NCBI GenBank assembly: GCA_965235115.1 | Contig: OZ249440.1 | Location: 33,296,001-33,360,000 of the forward strand | From: Laetmonice hystrix | Taxonomy: Eukaryota | Reading direction: 5' to 3' | Length of the DNA: 64,000 nucleotides | Part shown: one piece after another, positions 35,832 to 50,300 of the stretch | Layout: every line of letters starts with the position of its first letter | Numbering within the stretch: position 1 is the first letter of the stretch | Translations under genes and position numbers: made by a program | The notes under the pieces: generated by a model | Database searches by the model: none | What the model saw: the letters and a program-made list of their open reading frames with translations, nothing else | Told to the model about the DNA's origin: nothing

Positions 35832-38800
35832 ATGGATGAACATCAGTCAAGCGAGAACGCAGACAGTGATTACAGCCCATTTTCAGAAAGTGAAGTGGAC
35901 TCAAGTGACCAAAATGACACTGAAAATGAGATCATTGACACAGACACTGATGACATCAGCAGAACAAAGTCCCTGTAAGTGTTAAAAATATGTTGCTGAA
36001 TTGATTTCAAATAATCTTTTATGCAGGCCTGTGATTTGAACCACAGAGTGCCCCATTGGTTAGCAATAGAAATCTGTCGAGGTGCAGACAGTTCATCCTG
36101 CCCATGTTGAGCATATATATGCAGGGCATAGAGTAATATTTTTTAAAAGGATTTTTTTTATAGAAATTGCTGTAGATTTGTAGTAATTTACAAAATTATA
36201 AACTTGTTCGGTTCAGCAGTTATTATTCAAAGTAGACAGGAAAGAAAAAAACCTCAGGTTGCATCTTTAATATTCCAGGTTTTTTTTAATCTGACCTGAT
36301 TACACTGTTCATAAATGGAGTGACAGTCTAAGTAATGTAAAATATATGATGAACTTAAAAGATAGATCCTACAAACAATGCTAAAATGAAAAAGTTGGTT
36401 TCACTTTTTGCACTTTTATATTCATTATGTGTGCATTAACATCTGAATGTGTGTTTTCTTATACCTGTGCTTATGTTTCAGAAAGCGCCGTTACACTGCA
36501 TCCGAAGTGTTAAGTGAAATATGTGGCGAAGATAAAAAAAGAGCCAAGTTCAGATGCCCAATAGAAAATTGTGGCAAGGAGGTCATCAATTTAAATGAAC
36601 ATCTCCACGTTCACAATATCCACAGAAGTTACAGGGTTGCCTTTCCTGAGGTAATAAAAGACAGGGTGAAGCAGCGTAAAGGAAAGGTAAGCGTATTTTT
36701 TAATTTAAAAAAGAACTTTACACAAACGTGTTTTTGTTGTCGAAACGTCTCTACCACCACTTGATTTTACATCATAATTCCCCTATTCAGTAACTTCAGC
36801 AGGAAAATTTAGTTGTGATTCATTTCAGAATTACGTTACCTTGTGTATTTCAATGGCCTCATAATTTGTAACTGGTGATGAGATCAAATCTGTCCTTAAT
36901 GCTGCAACCAACATAGGTCTGGCGCTTCTCGGGTCAGTTGCAAATATGGTATCTGCTTCGTCCCCTCCCAATACACATGTCATCCCCGAGTTCATTACAT
37001 AACCATGACCTGGCAGCCTGGCCGCAACAGAGGCCCAACTGGACTTTATCAGTTGTTTAAGGAAAAGAGAGGGAATTTTAGAACTGTAGCGGATGTTGAA
37101 GGTTGATTACATAATTAAAGAAGCGAACATTAGAGAAAAGACAAAGAAAGAATAAACAACTTTTAAATTGAGTACATCACTGTTTCCATTACTTCTCTTT
37201 TATTTCAGGATTATATACAAAGAATAGATGCACAGATTACAGATTAGGGCAGATCACAGAAGCTTTAGTACTCTTAATTTTGAAATTTTATATACAACTT
37301 TCAGGATCATGTATGACATCAAGAAACAGTGTAAAAGGTACCAGGTCAATAAATGAAAGAGTGCTGGGTAAGCAGCATCTCGGCAGCTAATCAATTCATC
37401 TTGGCAAGAAAATATTACAACATAAAAGCATGTATGCGAATACAGACTGAGACAGCAAACATAACTGCCTCGTTCACAATTAGTGCATAAATATAGACCG
37501 TAAAAGGTAGCCAGTCGAGCGTCAGGCCCGTATCGGGGTTCTTGTTTACATTTTGTTTAGATTTTTTGATACCCATATTTTACCACAATGTTACTAAGGA
37601 TGAAAGGTACATTTTTAAATTTGGGGTGAATTGACAGTATTCTCTTTATGGAGGCTAACGGTTGTTATGGTGAGGTCAGACTTAGCTGATATCTTGACAG
37701 AACGTTGCTTCCCTCACACATGGATAGTTGTGTGAACATGACCAAGCAGCACATCTAAAAGATTATCATAAATAACCACAAGGAAGTAGTCCCTTGAAGA
37801 TGATTCATTAAAACAGTTAAACTATTTCTTTTTGACTAGTCGTGATAATAAATTTGGCAGTGCTCTTAGAAAACAAATCAATAAATATTATTTCGTATAC
37901 ACTCTCAGAAGTTTGGGTATATAGTTATGTGGTGAAATCACCACAAGTGAAACTGGTGGTGGCAGAGCTATTTCGGCAAATCGCAAGTGACTGAATAGGA
38001 AACAGAAGTGTCAACTACTTATGACAAATATTCACTTTTGTTGAAAACGCATACAATTTTAATAAAATTACTTTCTAAAGACCCCTAGTCAATTTATTCT
38101 GCAAGATTGGAGACTAGTACAGTAATAGTGTAAATACGATGTATGAATATTTGGAAGGGGCATATGGATATATATCATTGGTAAACGAAGCAAAAATTAT
38201 TGATAGATTCGTGTATCATTCGAGCCCTAAAAGCTACAGAACTAACATTGTCTGCTTGTTTCAGGCCAAAAGAAAACTAAAGAAATGTGACGTCTGTCAC
38301 AGACACGTGTACCGAATGGACCATCATATTTTAACAAAAGTTCACAAGGCTGCACTACATGAGATGGCACAAAGGACTGAGCCCAAGGTAAAGAAATCAC
38401 TACGAGTACTCACAAAACCCTGTGCCCGTGTGACGTCGCAAAAGTTTTGCAAGTGATTTTCTGATTGGTTAAAACTGTCAATGGCCTTTTTTTTAAATCA
38501 TTGATGGTGGGCGAATTCTGTTTACACTGCAACTATCAGAGATGGATATCTGAGTTGGGAGAGCTTCTTATTTTTATTGATTCATATAAATCATTAGCTT
38601 TATGTCACAATCCATGTTCCCAGTCGCATTGAAGGCATGATTTTTTTTTATCCTCTTAAAGAAAAATAAATTAAATAAATGTTATTTTGCTGATGTCAAT
38701 TAACCTATCATTGGCCTAATATTACAATTGTGAGATTGCAGTAAGTCAGTGTGTATTAGTGAGTACTTAAAAGTTTGTATATACATCTATATATTTATTT

Positions 38801-41800
38801 TAATTGTGTAGCTGTTTTGTTTCTTTTTGTTGTCATGCACCTTTGTACTAATTTAGGCTTGTGTTGGCATATGGAGCTCCTATTTGTTGTTTCATAAACC
38901 TACATCTGCAGTTGCAGGAACAGTTTGACAGTGTTCAGGAGACTGATGACATGCAGCCCCCCTCTGAGGATGCAAGGGAAAATGAGCAACAGGTAAAAAA
39001 TAATTTATAGTATAGCCTTATTTAAATCAGATATCATTACAGTTGATATTGTACTGGTATGTTGATGGATTCTATTGGAGTTAGGAACAGAGTTTCACAG
39101 ACAGTGTATTGGCTTGAAATACAACGCCATTTTCTTGATATACAGTATAGAGGTACACTCCATTGAAAAAAAGGCATGCGAGAACCCTGATCGATTTTTT
39201 TAATGAATTAAATGCGAAATGATATCCATTTATGCAAAGAATTTCTGAAAGAACGTATCACGAATGGAGCCATATTCAGGGGAAACTGAAAGAATAATAA
39301 ATCAGTTGGGCTGCATAGCAAAGTTGGACTACCTTTGACCCCTCAGTTTTGATGCTAATGTTGAGAGGTTGTAGGCTTGAGTAAAATATACCAACACCTT
39401 TTGTTATTTAATATAAATATTTGTTATTTGACTTTGATTTTCAAGGATTTCTTGATGAGAAAAAATGTAATTTTGCTTGAGAAGCTTACATTTTATACTG
39501 TTTGATGTAAAACCTTTGAGGTAAGAATTTTAAAATAAGAGATACCTATGAAAATAGGGGCACTGGCAGTGAGGACTGGGGTGATACTGACATGATATAT
39601 ATCATGATATGGACCCCATGATGCAGTACATATCACAATATTTTTTCACATAATACACCATGTAAAAGTGATGTACAAACGGGATGTCTTTGAGCTATGT
39701 GATAACCTTTATACTTAACATTTAAAAAAAAGAAAGTATGTAAATATGTATGTAAATCTGTGGAGCTTGCAGGTAGTGTATGGGGGGTAGGGTGAAACCT
39801 CTAGACGTCTTGGCCTTTAAGATTAGGTCTTTAAGAATTTCTTTGGATTTTGCATTCTCATGTCTATATCTTGATATAAATACTTAACTGGCATGATGTA
39901 TCATGAAGTTTGTATAGATATGCTTATTTTTGGCAAACGAATCAAATAATTATTAATACAGAAGTGTATTAGCCCAGCCCTACTGCCAATCATGACTTGA
40001 CTAAAGTCAGGCTCAAGGGATAATTTTTGAAAATGACTCAGACACCAGTCTGCAGTGGATCAAAAGTTTTAGCTTTAGTTTGCTTCCCAACTGAAAAAAG
40101 CGTATAACTGCACCAAACCAACCAATCCTGAATCAACATTTTAGGTAATGCAACAAGATCTTCAAATTCAAGCTCAAGTGTCTGATGATGAGAGACTCGA
40201 GGATTTCTTGGGCTATATGCAGTCCTTTTCTGGGGGAAATATCAAAGAAAAGCAAGCATTAAAGCACAAAGGACAAACAGTCTACATTCTTCAAGAATGC
40301 TCTGGATACAAAGTTGATGATATTGGCCAACCAGGATTTACAAAGGCATTATCAGACTGTTTGGAGAGAAAAATGAAGACATGGTCTCCAAATACTGGAA
40401 GAACATATCTCAATTCCTTCCGACTGTTTGTTGAGTTCGTCCTGATGATGAAAGGACTGAATCAACAGAATTATCGCAGCTTTATCACAGACAATCTTCA
40501 GGTTCAGCTACAACAACTTCGAAATTGGAGCAAATCACTCCAGAAGGAATCAAAGAAAATCATTTCAAACAAAACCTTGGATGAGGAGACTTACGTGAAT
40601 CCTTCTGATCTACAAGCATTATGTAGACAGCGACAGGGCGAAAGAGGCCAGAGAGTTGATAGAGTCACCTCCTGACATGCCAACAATGACACAGCATACC
40701 ACAGTGAGGAACTTTCTGCTCTTCCGAGTTGCTTTGGCAAATTGCAACAGAACAGGTTGCTTGACAAATGTTACAGTTAAAGAATTTCAGAAAGGAGCCA
40801 CAAGGATGAAAAATGGTCACCACGTAATTTCAGTTCAAGACCATAAAACAGCGGGCACCTATGGCTCGGCAGAGCTTATTTTGAGCCGAAGCCTATATAT
40901 AGACATGAAGTGCTATGTGACATCATTCCGTCAGCCAGGTGACAGTCAGAAGCTGTTTTCAAATTGGTCAGGCACAGGAATGGATGCAGGGAACATCTCG
41001 CATGCCCTGACTACAGAGTTGGGTCGTATTGGTGTTGAAAAGAGGTATTCACCATTGGACACATTAATATTTCCTTTGTGTTGAAGTTTCTAAAGATGTT
41101 GATGTTCTTTGTGTTGCGTTGTTTGCTATTGAAATTCAATCAGACAGATGTTATCAGTTACTTTCTTGTCTAGTGTTCCATTATGTTGAGGTACAGTATG
41201 TTGAACAACTGTGTTATAAAATTATGAATGTTGGCATGTTGGAATTTTTGACACAAACTATCTGAAGCATTTTAGCCACTTAGATGTTCGCAAGAATGGG
41301 AAATCAGAGAAAATGTATTACATATTCTAATTTATTGGTAAGTTAAATATGCTCTGGAAGAAACGTATTTTGTGGACTCAGCTGTAAAACTGTCAATTTT
41401 TAATCTTCAGCATTGACATTAACTTGCAAAGAAGCCTGTCTTAAGCACCAAATACTACATTAGTGCATTGTGTAAACTGAAAAATGTAGTTTGCCTGTGA
41501 CAGTACACTAACTGGTAAAATGGCTGGCAATTACCATTTGAGGGCAATAGTATGGTAACTGTGCATATTCCTTGCAATGGATCTTCTACCTAGGATGTTA
41601 TGGGGATTGGACACTAATGTTATGCACACTTTATTTATAGTCTATGTTTTATCAAATGATAATACAGTCAGTTATAAATTTTGTTCTTTACATTGACCCT
41701 ACAGAGGAGCCATGAACTTCGCTGTTCATTCTAATTCACTTAATCCATATAGTGTTCTTTTTTAGGGTAACTTGTACGAAACTGCGTCACCTTGCTGTGA

Positions 41801-43807
41801 CAATGGTGTCAAGCCTTCTTCCACAAGACGAGCGGAATGACCTAGCCACCTTGATGTCACATTCCACCAAAACTCAGCAAAGAACGTATAATGACAGCTT
41901 AAAGACAAATCGCGTCGTCAGGATTTCAAATATTCTGACGAAAATTCTGACACAAAAAGAGGTCACTGCTACTGATCTGGAAGCAGCTGAATGTGGTATA
42001 GAAACAAATTTTATCAAGATAAATAGTAATCAGTTTAGAATTTCATTTGTACACAGCATTTGACAGCTGTATGATGCTGGCCCTTATAGTAACCATTTGA
42101 ATGCTGTGTGCAACTTACGTATTTGAAATTTTGATTCTAGAGATCCCAGGATTTGATGTGACGTCAGCCAGGAGGATGATCCACGCGAAAGCTCCAGGTT
42201 GGTTTCATATATTCAGACCCAGCATCAAGCCAGACCAATTTGGGGTGTTCTTTCCCTAAGTAAGACATACACGCGCACCTCAGTCATAAACCCTCACCTA
42301 TGCACACATACCTTTCAGTAGAGTTCACATTAATTTCATATTTTAAAAAAGAATATGATGTAAAACCATTAATTACTGTTTCTCAATGCTAGATCATACT
42401 CTCCCTTGACAATGTCAATGACACCACTTTTATTAATATGAACAATAAAAGGAAACTTTACAGTGTTCATTAGTACTGTGCCAGAAGACCTAATGAACTT
42501 CAACTTTTAGATTCTTATAATTTTCCATCTTTTCCTTTTATTCTCCTTAATCCAAAGCTGCATCTACTGCATCCTCTCCTGTGGAAGCTGATGATGGGCA
42601 AGTAGCCAGTGAGGGTCCAGATGACCAGGCATCGCAGGTTCCAGTCATACCTGCTGAGGATGCTCAGGCTGTCTTTGAAACTCCAGATGACCAGGCATCG
42701 CAAGTTCTAGTCATACCTGCTCAGGCTGCCTTCGAAACTCCAGATGATCCGGCATCGCAAGTTCTAGTCATACCTGCTCAGGCTGCCTTCGAAACTCCAG
42801 ATGATCCGGCATCGCAAGTTCTAGTCATACCTGCTCAGGCTGCCTTCGAAACTCCAGATGATCCGGCATCGCAAGTTCTAGTCATACCTGCTCAGGCTGC
42901 CTTCGAAACTCCAGATGATCCGGCATCGCAAGTTCTAGTCATACCTGCTCAGGCTGCCTTCGAAACTCCAGATGATCCGGCATCGCAAGTTCTAGTCATA
43001 CCTGCTGAGGATGCTCAGGCTGCCTTCGAAACTCCAGATGACCCGGCATCACAAGTTCCAGTCATACCTGCTGAGGATGCTCAGGTTGCCCTTGAAACTC
43101 CAGATGACCAGGCATCTCAAGTTCCAGTCATACCTGCTGAGGACCGGCAAATTTCTTCTTCTGATGACCCATGTTGTGAAACGTCGGAACAAGCTTTTCT
43201 GGTAATTTCATAGACAAACCTATATTTCCAGGTCGTCTATAACTGTTTATCTCTACTTGCTTCAAGTGCTCCTCATGCAATTCAGACAAAAATTTAGCAT
43301 GAGTTAACCTTTGAGTAGACTTTGTGTAGTGCTTTATCATTAATATATTTGATAAATTGTTACCTAGATGCATGTCCGTTTATTGCATTATGACGTATTT
43401 CTTATCGAGTCATATCAACTACTGAAGGGCTATCAATTTTTTCAAAGAAGACCACTTTAATTTTTGTTTCCTATTGCATGATTCATAGGTACCATGAATC
43501 CACATTTTTGGTTATTGACTTTCAGGAAACCCTGCAACCAATGAAAAAATGAGGTCGTATGCAAAAAGCAGAGGTGAACTTCGTGATACAGCACTGCGCC
43601 GATCTTATATGTAAAGGGGCCGCAACTCTGCATGATGTAAAAACAAAACGGGAAGAAGACGTAAACATAAACAGATTCATGAACATTAAGTGGCCTCGTC
43701 TTACCATGCCAATGAAAGATAGGCGCCTAAGAGACATTCTGAGAAACTATGGGGCATCGAAAGATAAACAGAAACGTGCAAATAATTTGTTGCATGACAA
43801 AGAGTAG
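35832..43807 (+). pseudogene. Spliced zinc-finger/tyrosine-recombinase gene, copy 2 (full exon set, disrupted)
   Basis: Exons at 35832-35974, 36482-36686 (CPIENC...HLHVH), 38265-38387 (CDVC...HILTKVH), 38912-38992, 40145-41044, 41766-41995, 42141-42197, 42558-43201 and 43526-43807. Splice phases are compatible. Relative to copy 1 there is a +1 T at ~40620 and GGA>TGA at 43550-43552. Confidence 0.82.
42617..43143 (+). repeat. Coding minisatellite, second copy
   Basis: Same unit structure as 4327-4853, at offset +38290. Confidence 0.95.
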
Positions 43808-46799
43808 TGGCCAAGCGTCCTGTCTCCACCTTTAGGTTGTGAGAGCTGACCCGTAATGTTGTGAACGCCAGTCGTAATCGTTCTGGAGTGTAGGCCTATA
43901 TATCTCGGTTGGTGTCGGTTTGGTGTAGGGGAGAGTGGGGCACCGTGAGCCGTGGGGTACCTAGAGCCAAAGGCTCTCCTGCCCATTGGTTTTATAATTT
44001 GCTGCCAGCGCGACGTCTGCGCTGTGCTCTGGCGTCAAGAAGGTAAACTAAAGGTATTGCAGTCATTCTGTGACGTCCATGACGAACTTTCATAATCAAG
44101 AAGAAAAATTAAATCAGAAAGCAAATTCCTAAAAATAAGCAACTTTTATTCCTGTGTCACCTAACTACATTCTTTACCTAGAATCTGATGAGAGATAAAA
44201 GTATACAGTATAAGCTTTCTACTAGGCTATATTTTGCTTGTTGTAAAGTGCCCATTTTAAATAGGGGGACAACCTTTTCAAATATGGTGCCCATGGGGCA
44301 CCTTGAGCCACAAATTATGGGGCACCTTGACCATGGTTAAAGTGGTTGATCTAAAGGACTTACATCAGTAAGGCTTATAAATATTTTTTTTAAAAAAGCT
44401 ATAACATTAATAGAGATATTCGTGTAAAATTAGATTGAAGATAGTATGAATTTTTAGGCCTACATGATTATACTTGTGGAAATAACCAGAACATTCTGGT
44501 TACACTATATAGGGGGCCTATATTTATTACAGGTCTTTGCATGGGAAAGCAATGAAAAGAAAAGTCATTTCTATTTTAGTTATGGTTATTTTCATGAAAA
44601 AAATAGTGATTTTAGAGCATTTGACCAATATATCTCAAGGTGCCCCATGGGTGGCTCAATGATCCCCACCAGAGGGGTACCTTGACCCACACGGAAAAAA
44701 ATAATTCAAAAAAATTTTAAGCAGGTAAATAGGGACATGGAGATTTGGTCTATAGCACCTTTGACCTTCAAAAAATATGAATTAATAACTTTAATTGATT
44801 TTGTAGCCGAGGTATCACTAATGGCTCAAGGTGCCCCACTCTCCCCTACACACTGTGGAGTGTCAAGGTCGGGTTGATGTATAAAACATTCTTTTAGACG
44901 AACTGCTGGCTTGAATATATTGTTAGTCGACTTTAGTTTGCAATCTTGAATTGGGTCGGTTTTATAATTGTCGAGCCACTGTAAGTAACGGCCCATGGGG
45001 CTTTTGCAGCGACTAGCGAGCTGCATGGCATTGTTCAGCGGACTGTCCTCAAAGTGGTCACTCTTCCTGACTTTCTTCAGAAATGATTGCTGCCGGCTTA
45101 TGACGAGAGACTGAGCCGTTGGGGCGTCTATCTCTATTTGGCAGAGGTCGTGACAGGTTTGGAGTCTCACGCCTAGTAGTTTTTTCAAGGTTAACATAAT
45201 ATTCGGCTTCTACTTTGCTTAAATTCTTGGATAACCACGACTCGCATCCGTATAATATTGAGCTCGTGAGGGCTGCATCCCAGTCCAAACGCTTTACATA
45301 AAACGGGGCATCTGCATTTTTGGCAAGAAAAGAGCTGAACTTTCGGGAGTGTTTCTTTTTTTCTTGCAAGTGTTATTGTATTTGATGGGAAATGTTTTCG
45401 CCCGTGATGGTTGAGCCAAGGTAGATGTACTTTTTGGTAGGGTAAATGGTCACTCCTCATATGGCAATAGACGACTGGTCTTTTGCGTTAATGGCCAAGA
45501 AGTTCCTCTTTTTGAAATTTATAGTCATTCCGTATTCTGTACAGAAGTCCAAGAGTATACATATTTTCTTCTCCATAGTCATTCCGTATTCTGTACAGAA
45601 GTCCAAGAGTATACATATTTTCTTCTCCAGGTTATCTCTTGATGTACTAAAAATGACAGTGTCGTCCATTAACATGAGTGTGTGGGTCTGCTGTCCGTAT
45701 CAATGGATTTACGAATAGGGTAAACAAGAAACATGAACTTTGGCCTCCTTGACGAACACCTGTTGATGAGCGAAATATTATCGAGTTAAGATGGCTCAAT
45801 GTGTATTGCAAAGTGGCTCCGACGGCACGAGTCATTCTATTTCCACAACCCATCAGTTTGAGCATATCAAGTAACTTTTGCCTGGGCACCTTATCATATG
45901 CTTTTTCAAAGTCTATGAACAGTACAAAAAGTTGTTGTTTTGTATGGCGCACAATATCAATCAATAAAAGTTGTGTGACTAGTTGTTCGGCACAACTGTG
46001 GCCTTTCTGGGCGCCTGCTTGCTCGACATCTGGCCAAAACCACCGACTCAGCCTTGAGTTTAAGATGCCCTCATAAACTTTGGAGAGAGACGAGAGTATG
46101 CTGATCCCTTTGTAGTTGTTTGTGTCACTTTTGGACCCTTTCTTGTGGATAACAAGGACTTTGGCAATACTCCAATTCACCGGATGTGCTGCCGATTGGA
46201 ATATGAGATTAAACAGCGCAGTAATCATTAGGATCCATTGGGGAGTAATATATTTCAGTATACCGGGAGGTATACTGTCGCCTCCTGCAGCTTTGTTTGC
46301 TTTGAGCAGTTTGATTTGTTCCTCGACTTCGATTCCAGAAATGTCATAATCAATAGACATTGGATTCTGGTATATGAATATATATTGGTGGTGAGTTTAA
46401 CAGACTTTCGAAATGCTCTTTAAACTGCTCGTCCGATCTCTCTAACCCAGCGGAAGATCTTTTTCTGAGGCTATCCTGCCTGCCTCGTACAGTGTTTCAG
46501 TAATGTCCTTGCATGCTGAGTCGCACTCAGGCAGTTCCCCGTGAAAGAGAACTTCCGGGTTAGGTAACATGTCGAGAAAACGTTGTTTGTTGATGTGTTG
46601 GACATTGAGTGGCCTCCTATGTTTGCTCTGTCTGTAATCTTTAAAAGACTCCAAGTCTAGAGCTCTTTCGAGGACAACATCTGGGGGTAACACGTTAGGG
46701 AGGCTGATATCTAGCTGTAATGGAGCGTGGTTTGATTGGGGGAATCAATCTTTTACAACCTTGAATAGTTCGATGTGGTCCATTGTTGTGCTGAAGATT
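43808..46799 (-). mobile_element. Decayed non-LTR retrotransposon, second copy
   Basis: Near-identical to 5518-8520. Keeps VSSHNLKVETGR in frame at ~43815-43850. Confidence 0.9.
43928..44846. mobile_element. TA-flanked MITE, second copy
   Basis: Same TIRs and TA flanks as 5640-6567, with a small internal deletion. Confidence 0.88.
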
Positions 46800-46848
46800 T
46801 CATAGAGAAATAGGGGGAGTCTCTCGGGGGTTACATCTACAGTTGAAC

Positions 46849-47161
46849 CACGGTTTACTAACTCGTACGTACGGGTTACTAAAAGTAGTACCTACGGGTT
46901 AGACTTTTTTTACAGTGAACACAAAGAGTCGTACGTACAACTTTTAGTAACCCGTAGGTACGAGTTAGTAAGTCGTACGTACGGGTTAGTAAGTCGTACG
47001 TACGGGTTAGTAAGTCGTACGTATGGGTTACTAAGTCGTACGTACAGGTTATTAAGTCGTACGTACGGGTTACTAAGTCGTACGTACGGGTTACTAAGTC
47101 GTACATACGGGTTATACGTTTTTGTGATTTTTTTGGCCATGGCCCTAATACAGCTTCGTAG
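46849..47161. repeat. 21-bp minisatellite, second copy
   Basis: Duplicate of 8570-8882. Confidence 0.85.
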
Positions 47162-47309
47162 ATGTTAGATTTGTTTGTGCAATAAAAAATTAATAAAAAC
47201 AAATATATTCAGCATTTACTTGTTTGTGTGCTCTTACAAGAATTCCATAATGTTACAGGAAAGTAAATCAGTCAAGGAATCTTCCCTGAGCTTTGTATAA
47301 AAGATAGCT

Positions 47310-50300
47310 CACTGTGCAAAAAGAGCATTCTTTACAAAAAGACCACTGGACCTTACAAAAAGACCATTATTCAAAGAAAAGGACCACCACTGGACCTTAC
47401 AAAAAGACCATTATTCAAAGAAAAGGACCACAAATGGTCCTTTCTCATGGAGGGATCTGAATAAAAGGACCACTTTTTAGCCTGGTGTAGCGAGGTTCGG
47501 GATAGCCGAGTGTTCAAGGCAAAAAGTGCATTCTTTACAAAAAGACCTGGACCTTACAAAGAGACCATTATTCAAACAAAAGGACCACAAATGGTCCTTT
47601 CTCATGGAGGGATCTGAATAAAAGGACCACTTTTTAGCCTGGTGTAGCGAGGTTCGGGATAGCCGAGTGTTCAAGGCAAAAAGTGCATTCTTTACAAAAA
47701 GACCACTGGACCTTACAAAAAGACCATTATTCAAAGAAAAGGACCACAAATGGTCCTTTCTCATGGAGGGATCTGAATAAAAGGACCACTTTATAGCCTG
47801 GTGTAGCGAGGTTCGGGACAGCCGAGTGTTCAAGACAAAAAGTGCATTCTTTACAAAAAGACCACTGGACCTTACAAAAAGACCATTATTCAAACAAAAG
47901 GACCACAAATGGTCCTTTCTCATGGAGGGATCTGAATAAAAGGACCACTTTTAGCCTGGTGTAGCGAGGTTCGGGATAGCCGAGTGTTCAAGGCAAAAAG
48001 TGCAAAAAGAGCATTCTTTAGAAAAAGACCACTGGACCTTACAAAAAGACCATTATTCAAACAAAAGGACCACAAATGGTCCTTTCTCATTGAGGGATCT
48101 GAATAAAGGACCACTTTTTAGCCTGGTGTAGCGAGGTTCGGGATAGCCGAGTGGTCAACGCAAAAAAAGCATTCTTTACAAAAAGACCACTGGACCTTAC
48201 AAAAAGACCATTATTCAAACAAAAGGACCACAAATGGTCCTTTCTCATGGAGGGATCTGAATAAAAGGACCACGTTTTAGCATGGTGTAGCGAGGTTCGG
48301 GATAGCCGAGTGTTCAAGGCAAAAAGTGAATTCTTTACAAAAAGACCACTGGACCTTACAAAAAGACCATTATTCAAAGAAAAGGACCACAAATGGTCCT
48401 TTCTCATGGAGGGATCTGAATAAAAGGACCACTTTTTAGCCTGGTGTAGCGAGGTTCGGGAAAGCCGAGTGGTCAACGCAAAAAGAGCATTCTTGACAAA
48501 AAGACCACTGGACCTTACAAAAAGACCATTATTCAAAGAAAAGGACCACCACTGGACCTTACAAAAAGACCATTATTCAAAGAAAAGGACCACAAATGGT
48601 CCTTTCTCATGGAGGGATCTGAATAAAAGGACCACTTTTTAGCCTGGTGTAGCGAGGTTCGGGATAGCCGAGTGTTCAAGGCAAAAAGTGCATTCTTTAC
48701 AAAAAGACCTGGACCTTACAAAGAGACCATTATTCAAACAAAAGGACCACAAATGGTCCTTTCTCATGGAGGGATCTGAATAAAAGGACCACTTTTTAGC
48801 CTGGTGTAGCGAGGTTCGGGATAGCCGAGTGTTCAAGGCAAAAAGTGCATTCTTTACAAAAAGACCACTGGACCTTACAAAAAGACCATTATTCAAAGAA
48901 AAGGACCACAAATGGTCCTTTCTCATGGAGGGATCTGAATAAAAGGACCACTTTATAGCCTGGTGTAGCGAGGTTCGGGACAGCCGAGTGTTCAAGGCAA
49001 AAAGTGCATTCTTTACAAAAAGACCACTGGACCTTACAAAAAGACCATTATTCAAACAAAAGGACCACAAATGGTCCTTTCTCATTGAGGGATCTGAATA
49101 AAGGACCACTTTTTAGCCTGGTGTAGCGAGGTTCGGGATAGCCGAGTGGTCAACGCAAAAAAAGCATTCTTTACAAAAAGACCACTGGACCTTACAAAAA
49201 GACCATTATTCAAAGAAAAGGACCACAAATGGTCCTTTCTCATGGAGGGATCTGAATAAAAGGACCACTTTTTAGCCTGGTGTAGCGAGGTTCGGGATAG
49301 CCGAGTGTTCAAGGCAAAAAGTGCATTCTTTACAAAAAGACCTGGACCTTACAAAGAGACCATTATTCAAACAAAAGGACCACAAATGGTCCTTTCTCAT
49401 GGAGGGATCTGAATAAAAGGACCACTTTTTAGCCTGGTGTAGCGAGGTTCGGGATAGCCGAGTGTTCAAGGCAAAAAGTGCATTCTTTACAAAAAGACCA
49501 CTGGACCTTACAAAAAGACCATTATTCAAAGAAAAGGACCACAAATGGTCCTTTCTCATGGAGGGATCTGAATAAAAGGACCACTTTATAGCCTGGTGTA
49601 GCGAGGTTCGGGACAGCCGAGTGTTCAAGGCAAAAAGTGCATTCTTTACAAAAAGACCACTGGACCTTACAAAAAGACCATTATTCAAAGAAAAGGACCA
49701 CAAATGGTCCTTTCTCATTGAGGGATCTGAATAAAAGGACCACTTTTTAGCCTGGTGTAGCGAGGTTCGGGATAGCCGAGTGTTCAAGGCAAAAAGTGCA
49801 TTCTTTACAAAAAGACCACTGGACCTTACAAAAAGACCATTATTCAAACAAAAGGACCACAAATGGTCCTTTCTCATGGAGGGATCTGAATAAAAGGACC
49901 ACTTTTAGCCTGGTGTAGCGAGGTTCGGGATAGCCGAGTGTTCAAGGCAAAAAGTGCAAAAAGAGCATTCTTTAGAAAAAGACCACTGGACCTTACAAAA
50001 AGACCATTATTCAAACAAAAGGACCACAAATGGTCCTTTCTCATTGAGGGATCTGAATAAAGGACCACTTTTTAGCCTGGTGTAGCGAGGTTCGGGATAG
50101 CCGAGTGGTCAACGCAAAAAAAGCATTCTTTACAAAAAGACCACTGGACCTTACAAAAAGACCATTATTCAAACAAAAGGACCACAAATGGTCCTTTCTC
50201 ATGGAGGGATCTGAATAAAAGGACCACGTTTTAGCATGGTGTAGCGAGGTTCGGGATAGCCGAGTGTTCAAGGCAAAAAGTGCATTCTTTACAAAAAGAC

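Noticed and set aside
37200..37370. Possible extra exons in the second coding intron
   Set aside because: Splice-like signals exist, but the flanking exons already join in phase and no convincing reading frame was found.
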